From Alphaproteobacteria bacterium (GTDB lineage Bacteria; Pseudomonadota; Alphaproteobacteria; MPNO01; UBA830), in contig OZ219791.1 in NCBI GenBank assembly GCA_964291215.2, forward strand, positions 2,688,001 to 2,752,000: a stretch of DNA of 64,000 bases, read 5' to 3'. A program made the position numbers and the translations under genes. The notes below the pieces were generated by a model, which made no database searches, was not told where the DNA came from, and saw only the letters and a list, made by a program, of their open reading frames with translations. Below, one piece after another: positions 42,476 through 51,679 of this stretch; position 1 is the first letter of the stretch, and each line of letters starts with the position of its first letter.

Positions 42476-44191
42476 ATGGCACGGAGCCGCGCGACGGTCC
42501 GCGACGACATTGCCGTGATCGTCATGACCGGCGTGCTCGCCGGTTGCGGTCTCGTCTACGAGTATCTTCTTGCCAGCACTGCGGGCCGCATCCTCGGCGC
42601 CGTCGAATCCGTGATCTTCGCGATGATCGGCCTGATGATCGTCGCCATGGGTGTCGGAGCGTTCCTGTCGCGCTTCATCACCCGGCCCTTTGCCGGATTC
42701 GCGTGGCTGGAGGTGCTCATCGCCGTGCTCGGCGGCTTCTCGGTGCTCCTCATGGGCGCGGTCGCAGCGGTGACGGTGCTGCTGCCGCAGGCAATCGCGG
42801 CGACCTACGGCATGCCGCCCGACCTGATTCCGCAAGGCGCGCTGATCGCCGCGCTCCGAAGCGCAGGCGAGATCGCGCCATATGTTCTCGGCGCGATCGT
42901 CGGTATTCTCGTTGGCATGGAAATTCCGCTGCTGGCGCGCATCCGCCAGAGCTTTCACGCCGACGCACTGGTCCACAATACCGGCACGATCTATGGTGCC
43001 GACTATATCGGTGCCGGGATCGGCGCGGCGCTATGGGTTGCCGTCATGCTGACCATGGATCCGGTGCGCGCGGCCTATCTCACGGCAGCGGTCAATCTCG
43101 TCGTCGGCGTCGGTTTCATCGTTCGTTACCGCCGCCGCATAGCGTGGTTTGCACCGATTCTCGGCCTCCATGTCGCTGCCGGGCTTGGGCTCGCCGCGGT
43201 GGCGCAGGAGGGCACGGGCTGGGCGCGGGCGATGGAGGACATCCTTTATGCGGATCGCATCGTCTATGCCGCCAACACCGAGCATCAGCGCGTCGCGGTG
43301 ACCCGGCGCCTGGTCGATGCCGGTGCGCCGCCCGTCGTCAGCCTCTACCTCAACGGACGTCTTCAGTTCTCGTCCAGTGACGAACATGTCTATCACGCGT
43401 TCCTCACCTATCCCGCGCTCGCCGCGGCGGCGCGGCGCGAGCATGTCCTCGTGATCGGCGGCGGCGACGGGCTCGCGGTGCGCGACATACTGCGCTGGGC
43501 TCCGCGATCGATAACGGTTCTCGATCTTGACCGCGAGCTCGTCGAGCTGTTCTCGTCGCCGCGTTTCGAGGATGGGCGCTTCGTTAACCGCGAGCTCCTT
43601 GCGCTCAACGGCTTCGCCTTCCGCGATCCGCGGGTGCGTGTCCGTTTCGGCGACGCCTTCGTTGGCGTCGACGAGTTGCTGCGCGAGGGCAGATCCTTCG
43701 ATGCGGTGATCGTCGACCTGCCCGATCCCGGGCATCCCGACCTGGCCCGGCTCTACAGCGTCAGCTTCTACCGCAAGCTTCGTCTGCTGCTCGCCGCCGA
43801 CGGCACCCTTGCCATCCAGTCGACCTCGCCGTATTTCGCGCGCGATGCGTTTCTCTGCATCGGGCGGACGGTCGAGGCCGCGGGCTTCGGGCGCGTCGAT
43901 CAGTACGGGCAGAACGTGCCTAGCCTCGGCCAGTGGGGCTGGACGGTGGCTACCCTGCGGGGCCCGTCGGTGTCCGGGCGCCTGCGGCGCATGGAGAAGC
44001 TGCCGGTCGATGACGGCTTCATGACGCACGAACTCCTGCTCAGCGCCTTCGCCTTTCCGCAGGGATTCTTCGACGGCCGCGATGCCATCGCGGCAAGCCG
44101 GCTCGACAACGCCGCGATCTACCACTACTACCTGCGCGGCTGGGAGGAGGCCGCCGGGGTGTCGCGAAAAAATCCGCCGGCCGGGCCTTGA
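42476..44191 (+). CDS. Membrane-fused polyamine aminopropyltransferase (spermidine synthase-like)
   Basis: N-terminal TMs (CGLVYE, GMEIPL, ADYIGA), then LYLNGRLQFSSSDEHVYH, VLVIGGGDGLA, DLPDP, LYS..FY, VPS.GQWG. Confidence 0.9.
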   Translation: MARSRATVRDDIAVIVMTGVLAGCGLVYEYLLASTAGRILGAVESVIFAMIGLMIVAMGVGAFLSRFITRPFAGFAWLEVLIAVLGGFSVLLMGAVAAVTVLLPQAIAATYGMPPDLIPQGALIAALRSAGEIAPYVLGAIVGILVGMEIPLLARIRQSFHADALVHNTGTIYGADYIGAGIGAALWVAVMLTMDPVRAAYLTAAVNLVVGVGFIVRYRRRIAWFAPILGLHVAAGLGLAAVAQEGTGWARAMEDILYADRIVYAANTEHQRVAVTRRLVDAGAPPVVSLYLNGRLQFSSSDEHVYHAFLTYPALAAAARREHVLVIGGGDGLAVRDILRWAPRSITVLDLDRELVELFSSPRFEDGRFVNRELLALNGFAFRDPRVRVRFGDAFVGVDELLREGRSFDAVIVDLPDPGHPDLARLYSVSFYRKLRLLLAADGTLAIQSTSPYFARDAFLCIGRTVEAAGFGRVDQYGQNVPSLGQWGWTVATLRGPSVSGRLRRMEKLPVDDGFMTHELLLSAFAFPQGFFDGRDAIAASRLDNAAIYHYYLRGWEEAAGVSRKNPPAGP

Positions 44192-44241
44192 CACACTGTC
44201 CGCCCGCACCATATTGTGACATGTCACGCGTGACACGTCAC
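44188..44241 (+). promoter_or_regulatory. Sigma70-type internal promoter overlapped by two palindromic operator-like sites
   Basis: TTGACA at 44188, -10-like CATATT/TATTGT at about 44210-44217, GTGACATGTCAC (44216-44227) and GTGACACGTCAC (44230-44241). Confidence 0.6.
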
Positions 44242-44254
44242 GGATCAGCAAGCC

Positions 44255-44884
44255 GTGGAGGGTCGTTTGGCCGAAGGACGCACGGGCCGGCCGCTCAGCC
44301 CGGCCGACCGCAAGCGGCGTCAGCGCGAGCGCCTGCAACGGGCGGGGCTGAGCGCCGTCGAGATCTGGGTGCCGCCCGAACACCGGCCTGCGGTGCGCCG
44401 CTTCGAGCGCCTGCTTCGTCTCGGCATCGTTCCTCCGCTGCCGGCTGCCCGGAACATCGACGCGAAAGGAGATCATGCGATGGACCTCAACCTGCTGCGT
44501 AAGACACTGGACGGCTACACGTCCGAAAACGGTTTTGCATTCAGCGCCATAGAGTCGGAAAGCGAGGATGCGCTCGAAGTCGTGGTCGAGGATCGCGACG
44601 AGTTTCCGATCCTGGTTTCGGCCGACGACGAACAGGTGCTCTGCATCACCTATCTGTGGAGCGACGGCGAAATCAGGTCCGACCGGCGCACCGAGCTCCT
44701 GACGGCGCTCCTCGAGATGAACGTGCCGCTGCCGCTGTCGTCGTTCGGCAAGGTGGGCGACCGCTATGTCATCTTCGGTGCACTGGCGGCGAGCGGCTCG
44801 GTCGAGGATCTGGTGACCGAGCTGGAAACGCTGAGCGACAATACCCTCGAGGCGCTCGAGGCTGTTGCCGGCTACCTGAACTAG
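44255..44884 (+). CDS. YjfI (DUF2170) family protein with N-terminal basic, DNA-binding-like extension
   Basis: ADRKRRQRERLQRAGLSAVEIWVPPE, then EFPILV, LPLSSFG, YVIFGAL, ELETLSDN. A second ATG with RBS (aaagga) at 44480. Confidence 0.8.
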   Translation: MEGRLAEGRTGRPLSPADRKRRQRERLQRAGLSAVEIWVPPEHRPAVRRFERLLRLGIVPPLPAARNIDAKGDHAMDLNLLRKTLDGYTSENGFAFSAIESESEDALEVVVEDRDEFPILVSADDEQVLCITYLWSDGEIRSDRRTELLTALLEMNVPLPLSSFGKVGDRYVIFGALAASGSVEDLVTELETLSDNTLEALEAVAGYLN

Positions 44885-44908
44885 CCCGACAGGCAGGGAG
44901 AGACTACG

Positions 44909-45601
44909 ATGGCAATCTTGGCAAAACTGTTCACGGCAATGCGCGGCGCCGCCACCGAGGCCGGCGAGGCGGTCGTTGACAACCAGGCGCTGAGAATCCT
45001 CGACCAGGAAATGCGCGATGCCGACAAGGAGTTGAACGAGGCCAAGGCGCAGCTCGTCGAGGTGATGGCGCAGAAGCGCGGGGTCGAGCGCGAGATCGAG
45101 AAGTTGCGCGGACAGGTCTCGGAGCACGAAGCCTACGCGATGAAGGCGCTCGACAAGGGCGACGAGAGCCTTGCCTCCGATGTCGCCGAGCGCATCGCCG
45201 AGTTCGAGGAGGAGCTCGGGCTGCAGGAACACGCGCTCGTCCAATACGATACGGGCGTCAACCAGCTCAAGCGCAGCATCAAGGCTACCGAGCGCAATAT
45301 CGCCGCGATGCGCCGCCAGGTGTCGATGGTCAAGGCTACCGAGCGCGTGCAGAAGGTGAGCTCGGCGGCCAATGCCCGGTTCTCGGGCAGCAACACCGCG
45401 ATGTCGTCGGCGACCGAATCTCTCGAGCGGATCAAGCGCCGCCAGCAGCGGCGCGCCGACCAGGCGGAGGCGGCATCCCAGTTGGCCGCCGACAGTGAAG
45501 GCGCCGGTCTCGAGAAACGCTTGCGCGACGCTGGCATCGTGAGCGGCGAGCGGTCGGGCTCCGCCGTGCTCGACCGTCTCCGGGCCAAGCGGGACGGCTG
45601 A
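44909..45601 (+). CDS. PspA/IM30 family protein (YjfJ-like)
   Basis: KLFTAMRG...EAGEA.VD.QALRILDQEMRDA, long coiled coil, SLERIK.RQ, VLDRLRAK. Confidence 0.92.
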   Translation: MAILAKLFTAMRGAATEAGEAVVDNQALRILDQEMRDADKELNEAKAQLVEVMAQKRGVEREIEKLRGQVSEHEAYAMKALDKGDESLASDVAERIAEFEEELGLQEHALVQYDTGVNQLKRSIKATERNIAAMRRQVSMVKATERVQKVSSAANARFSGSNTAMSSATESLERIKRRQQRRADQAEAASQLAADSEGAGLEKRLRDAGIVSGERSGSAVLDRLRAKRDG

Positions 45602-46221
45602 TGTTCGGGCGGCTGTTCGGCCGTCGCGAGGAGCCGGAGGACGCCGCTCCGCCCGCCGCCCACGCCTGGGACCTGTGCCCGGGCAGCTTCCTGCGGCTCG
45701 GTTTCGTCGCGCCTGAGGGCCTTGCGCGGGCCGAGCTCGAAGTTTGCGGCGTCCACGCCCTTGACCTCTCCGGCAGCATGCGCCGGGTGCTGACAGTCGA
45801 GGCGCTGGCGCTCGGGCGGCTGCTCATGTGGCGCGGTGAGCGCGGTACGGTGGCGATGGGCCGGCCCGTGGATCGGCCGGATGTCGAGCGCCTGTTCGAC
45901 CTTGGCGAGTTCGCCCGCCTGTTCGATCTCCACGGCGCTGGGAACCAGGTGCTCAACCGGGTAGCGGAGCCTGCGGATTTTGCGGGCTGGACGGCGCCGG
46001 TCTACCGCCAGGAGGCCGCTCACGAGGCCTTCCGCCGGGAGGCGGATCCGCTTTCGGGCGCTTCCGGCGCGGGCGCCGGGCAGGCCTTCGACTTCTACCG
46101 CCTGGTCGACGACCGGCGCTGCCACGCCTTGGAAGCCTACGTGCATGACGGCGGGCGCACCGACGTTGTCGTGGCGGCGCTGCTCGGCGAATCCGTGGTC
46201 GAGGAGATCTGGTCGGGCTGA
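45601..46221 (+). CDS. YjfK (DUF2491)-like protein
   Basis: MFGRLFGR N-terminus, coupled to the PspA stop; assignment rests mainly on context (yjfI-yjfJ-yjfK order). Confidence 0.55.
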   Translation: MFGRLFGRREEPEDAAPPAAHAWDLCPGSFLRLGFVAPEGLARAELEVCGVHALDLSGSMRRVLTVEALALGRLLMWRGERGTVAMGRPVDRPDVERLFDLGEFARLFDLHGAGNQVLNRVAEPADFAGWTAPVYRQEAAHEAFRREADPLSGASGAGAGQAFDFYRLVDDRRCHALEAYVHDGGRTDVVVAALLGESVVEEIWSG

Positions 46222-46332
46222 GCCTCGGGACTTCCGGCGCGTGTGGCCGATTCCGGGCGCTCGTGTGGCGGCAGACTCCGCCTCGCGGGAACGCGCTCCG
46301 GCCAGGTGTTTCCCACGCTGCATTCAATTTTG

Positions 46333-47781
46333 GTAACTGCTCACCCCCTGGTTCCGGCTTGATGTCGGGGTAGAGCAACAAACGGGTTTTCGTGGAGATT
46401 TGACACTGCAGGCCGATTCGTTTAGTGGTGGTAATCGAGAACGACGGGGACCGCCAGTGGGCTACTTTGGATCGAAGGCGACGAGCGGGCTGTGCCAGCT
46501 GCTTCCGGGGCTCCAGCCCCCGCATGATCTGTATGTGGAAACGCATCTCGGAAGCGGCGCGCTGATGAAGCGCAAGGCCGGGTGATGGCGACGGGCGGCG
46601 CGCGAGGAGTTCGAAGCGGCCAAGGCGCTGCCGGCAAGGTGGCGGAAAAGGCCGTCATCCGCGTCCTCGTCATCCTGCTCGACATCCTCATCGTCGTCCT
46701 TCTGGAGAAGACCACGCACGAGCCGGACTCCGGTCTGCCGCCGTCACAGACGGACAAGAGCGTGCCGGGAGCAACGGCCCGAAGCCGAACCAGCAGATGG
46801 GCGACAACCTGCGCAAGATCATCGTCGAGGAGACGGTCGCGGCCTGCGATGCCTGCGGCGCCGGGGACATCGACGGCCCCGTCGATCGGGAGCGCCGCAC
46901 GACATCGTGTTCGAGGTCGCGCCGCGCCGAGGAATGCCCGAAGTGCAAGGGCCGGTTCCCCGACAACATCCCGTGCAGTACGGCATCCAGGCCCTCGTCA
47001 TCAACCTGCCGGTCGCCCAGATGCTGTCCCTGCGCCGTCGCGCTCGTGCAGGCGATCTCCGGCATCAAGCTCTCCGAGGCCTCGGCTATGCTTTCACGAT
47101 GCGTCATGGGAGGAGGCCGCCGTGGCGCACCTCCTGCAACGCCCGATGTCGATGATTTCGGATCAACAGTAAGTGGCTTCATGTCGTCGGGACGTGCAAG
47201 TTCCCGCACCGCAAGCGCGGGCAAGAGATTGGCCCATGCTACAAGGGCGTCCTGGGCCTCGTACATGGGCCAGTGTAGCCACCAGCTGTGCGGCAGCCAC
47301 CTGCTGCGCGAACTGACCTTTGTCGTCGAGGCTACCGCGCGACTGATGAAGAGCCTGCTCCCTGCCACAAGGTCAACAAGAGCGCATCCAAGACCCTGAA
47401 CGACGACGTGCGCAAGCGCTACCGCACCATCAGGGCGCCAGGGAACTGCCCGATATCCCGACGAAAGGAAAACGTGGACGCAAGTCCGACGCGCACAACC
47501 TGCACGAACGTCTCGTGAAACACGAAAACCTGCGCTTCACAGACGACCCCAACGTCAGCTTCACCAACAATGCCGGAGAACAGAAGATCAGGATGGCAAA
47601 GGTCAAGGTGTCCGGATGCTTCCGCTCCACGCAAAAGCATGGTGCCAAGCTACCTCACCTCCATGGCCGCACTCGGCTACAACCCACTCGTCGCCACCCA
47701 GATCGCCCTCGACGGAAAAGCCGCAGACATCATCAACGAGCACTATGGCCAATCAGAACCCAACAAGGGGTGAGTAGATAC
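46333..47781 (+). mobile_element. IS66-family element copy 2, degenerate, with methylase remnant (46457-46585)
   Basis: TIRs GTAACTGCTCACCCC / GGGGTGAGTAGATAC; 8-bp TSD CAATTTTG at 46325-46332 and 47782-47789; colinear with 14730-16195. Confidence 0.9.
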
Positions 47782-49281
47782 CAATTTTGCTGTCTTCTGC
47801 TGTTCGGAGGTTTCACGGCGTGCCGGGTTTTCGGGGCCGTCCGCGGTCGTCGCCGACGGCGTTGCCGGCGCGTGGGCGGGTTGTGGGCGGCGTCCGGGAA
47901 TCGGCCAGACGCTATTGGCGCTCAGGGCTGCGACGGCTTCCCGGCGGTCGAGCCGCCGCCGTGTTTCGGCGAGGCTCTCGCGTCGGTTGGCGAAGATCAC
48001 CGCGAGCGCGAGGTCGTCGAGGCTGGCGTGGTTTGCGGGTCAGGCAGGCGTCCTCGCCGAAGACGCAGTCTCGGTGGTTCATGTTTTCCACGGCCCGCGG
48101 CCGCAGCAGTTCCTCTGGCGACGCGTGTTGCGCATCGAGCTGATGCACCGGTACAGTCGTTGCCGCTCGCTGCGCCGCTGGCGCTCTTTCCCGGCGGCTT
48201 GCGGTAGCATGCGGGCGATCTGCCGGGGTAGTTGATCAGGTCCTCGAGCGGCACGCGCTGCTCGAGGCGGGCCTTGCCTCCTTGAAGCGGCCATCCGTCT
48301 CCCGGTCGATGCCGTCGAAGGTTTCGGGCGCCCTTGACCGAGAAGATGTGGTCTGCGCCGCAGCGCCGGGTGATCAGCGTCGCCGGCGTCGTGCGGGTGA
48401 TCACCTTGCCGCGGACATCGGTGCGCTCGAGGAGGTGGCCGCCAGCTCACCGTCGTCGAAGTTCAACAGCGCGAAGGGTGCGCCGGAGGCGTGAGGGCCA
48501 CGGTCTCGTGGTGGCCGTTGCGGTTGGCGCCGCGGATGCGCTTGCCGTCGGCGGCAAGCGCTCGGGCGAGCCCGCGGCCGAGCACATCCTCGAGCGCCTC
48601 GGGGTCGATTGACTGCCCGGTGGAGGGTCGCCCCGGAGGGCGGCTCGCGCAGCTCTGTCCTCGGGTTCCGCCGATGACCTCGAGCTCGTCCCGGGACAGC
48701 GACCGCGCAAACTGCGCAGCTGCCTTTCATGCGCGGCGGAAGTCCTCGATCGCCGCCAGCTCGTCGTGCAGCGAACGCATCACCTCGGAACCCCGGGGAG
48801 CGAGGAGGCAGGCCACCGCAGCGCCTGCGACAGCAGCCGTCGCGCCGCACAACGAAAATCTCCTTGCCATGGGGGTCGGTGCAGCGCCCGCGGGCAAACC
48901 CCCTGGCACGCCAGCCCGCCGCCTTGTGCCCGCAAAACGCGCCGGATCGCAGAACGTCTCCGCCACCTGGTGGCCGCAGGCCCAGTCGTCGGCCAGCCGC
49001 CGCGTCGCAAGAAAGAAGAAGGCGAGGTTCGGAAACGCTCCCGGCGCCGCAAGCAGTCGCGTGTTGTCAGATCAAGCCACTGCTGCTCCGGCTTCCAGCC
49101 ACCGGTCGCGGCACTTGAAGGCCCCGTCACGCCGCCAAACCACTGCTCCTGAAGGACGCAATATGGCGCAGCCCCGTCAGACGGCGAAACCCGAGATAGT
49201 CGTCCATCAACGCATCCCGCAGCGGACGCTCCTCAGGGCTCTTCTTTTGTCATGTTTTTGAAAAAATAACGATTTTATATC

Positions 49282-49974
49282 GTAACTGCTTACCGCTGCT
49301 GGTCATGGATTGCCGTTCCTGACGGCGTTCGGGGTCAAGCATCTTTTCTCGTCCCCTTCCCTCGCTGATTGCCGGAAACCGGAGGTGCGGGTTCCGATGG
49401 GCAAGAACCGTTCCGGTCTTCGGCCGGTCTTGCTTTCCGGCCGGTGTCGCCGGGTCTGCAATGCGGTACCGAGCCCGCGGTGCGGGTTCCATCGTGCCGG
49501 CTGAGGAATCCGGCGGTGCAGCTTCAGATATCCTGGCCTCTGGAGAATTGGCAGGCAAGGCCCTCCGGCGGCCGTTCAGGCGGGCTTCGGAGGCAGTTCG
49601 TAGATCATGCGGAGCTCGGTTCCGAGAACGCAGGTGCCGGTTTCATTGAGTTCCTTCAGCAGTCCTGCGATGGCGGCGTTGCAGGCGGATCCGGGGATGC
49701 GCACCCGGAGGATCCCCGGTTCAGGTTCGGGGAGGATGTCGGCGTCGGCCTGCAGGAGGGTGCGGAGGGGTTTTCGCGGGCGCGGTTTCCTGCCCTGCTC
49801 CTTCGCCAGGGCCGCCATCGTCCGGGTTTCGGCGCGGTAGGCGATCATGCGCAGGATGTCGAGCCGGTGCTTCTCCCGGAACGGAAGAGCATCGAGGGCC
49901 GGATCGGCGGCGAGTTCCCGGATGCGAACGCCGTCAGGAAAGGCGGCCAATGATCAGCAGGGGCAAGCAGTTAC
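49282..49974 (-). mobile_element. 693-bp non-autonomous element carrying a transposase C-terminal fragment
   Basis: TIRs GTAACTGCTTACC / GTAACTGCTTGCC; 8-bp TSD TTTATATC at 49274-49281 and 49975-49982; ORF fragment D.LRMIAYRAET...ELNET...GTELRMIY. Confidence 0.8.
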
Positions 49975-50362
49975 TTTATATCAATGATTTGAAGTTAAAT
50001 TACCTGATGTGTCTTCATGTCGAGATCAGATGTTTCCGACCCCGTTTGTCCACTTGTGAAGGCCGTGGTGCAACCATTTCGTCAATGTTCCCTATTTGTT
50101 TTATGAAGCCGTAGAACTGTCGGGCTTGCGCAGGAGATCAGGGAACGCGGCGTCCGGCCACGCCATCGGCGGGTAGGGCAAGGGGAGACGCAAACGATCT
50201 TTCCGCGCTCAAGGTAACGGCGCTGGCGCACGACGACATGGCAGCGCTGCACCACGGGATGCGCGGCAAGCCCCGACCCGGACAACCGCCAAGTGTATGT
50301 CCACCTCGCCGACGATCCGCAGCATGGCGCTTCCGGGCGAACCACCGCGTCCCTCAAGCAGG

Positions 50363-51208
50363 TCATGGGCCGTAGCGCGAGCGCCGGTTTCCTCCACCCG
50401 CGCTTCGCGCCTCCCGATCACCCCCGGCCAGGCCGCGCAGCACGAACTCGCGCCAGCCGCCGTCGGCAAGCGCCTCTGCCTTCGGGACCCAGCGCCGCAC
50501 CTGCGAGCGCATCCAGCTGTCGGAGGTCCATGTCGCTGCCACATCCTCCTCGCCCCAGATGTCTTCCGCGATCCCGCGCGCCGTCTTGCCGGCCCCGAGC
50601 CCGGCCAGCACCGTCACCAGCCTGTCGATCTCGCGAACCGTGCCTCCCGACCCTGCCCGTTCCGAGGGACCGGAAGACCCGCCACGTTCCAGAAGTCGAG
50701 AAGGCGCCGGACCGACAGCGGCATTCGCAGCCCGAACGGATGCCTGATCGAAATGCCGCCGTCGCCGGGGAACCGCGCCGCGTTCCCGAGGTCGATCCGG
50801 ACCGCCGCGCCGCCATGTTTGATCTTGAGCACCAGACCGCCGCCGAGCAGGCGCAGCCCCTCGACCGCGCCTCCCATCAGCCCGAGCAGCGGCTCCGGCA
50901 CGCCCTCCGGCATCCCGTCCTGACGCCAGAAGGGCGAGGCGGGGCTGTCCGCCTTCCAGGGGTCTTCCCAGGCGAGCATCTCGAACCGCTCCGCCGCCAG
51001 GTCGGCCTTCGTCTGGATAGGGAAGGAGCCGGGTTCCGGCGCGCCGGCGGCGTGCCGGCGCCAGGCTTCCTCGTATTCGACGACCTTGCCTGAGAACCTT
51101 CCAGGCAAGGACGCCGTTCCCGGTCTCCGTCACGGATGCCGCCCCTTGTCGGTGCCGCGACACCAGGCGGGAGCCCGCAACGCATTCGGTTTCGTTTCCG
51201 GCGGTCAT
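50363..51208 (-). pseudogene. FseA-like transcriptional activator (DUF6499 + DUF2285) spread over two frames
   Basis: LAWKVLR then KVVEYEEAW (DUF6499 AWEFLRRNPDY...W spacing), LAWEDP..SPFW, then C-terminal GKTARGIAEDIWG..V...W.SDSWMRSQVRR.V.KA.AL.DGGWR. Confidence 0.65.
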
Positions 51209-51679
51209 GTTGCGGTCTCCCGCATGGACTTCCCGGACCGGATGCCGGCTGGCGCGGCCGCCCTCCTCGCCGCCTCAACCGCTGTATGCCTGTTCACCAG
51301 GGCGCCCTCCCGGAATCGAGTAATCCACTTGATGCCCACTATGCGTCGGCTGGCTCGACCCGGCCAATTGCCGCCCGCGATGCGGGAAATCAGCCGAATG
51401 CGGCATGGAGTCCTTCCACTACCGCGCGCTATGCGCATCTGGCGCAAGGCCCGGTGCGCGGGTCCGCCGTCTGCGTCTCCGACAGCATTGCTGCCGATAT
51501 CCTCGGGGACTACCGCCCGTCATGACGGCTCTGGCATATCCCCGCCACAGGCTCCGGCGATTGCGGAGCCGATGTTGCCCGGTGTAGGGTGCCGCCATGC
51601 CGAATGTCGACCCTCTTCCGGCCCGCAAGCAGGATGTCCGTCGGGAGCCTCCCGGAGACGATGCCGGAGGTCTTTCCCG

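Larger units (their letters stand above)
46303..50006 (-). mobile_element. ISAs1-family/DUF4338 element copy B (inverted relative to copy A), with two nested insertions
   Basis: End CAGGTGTTTCCCACGCTGCATTCAATTTT matches copy A; 47790-49240 is homologous to 23230-24290; probable other end ...TTACCTG at 50006. Confidence 0.7.
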
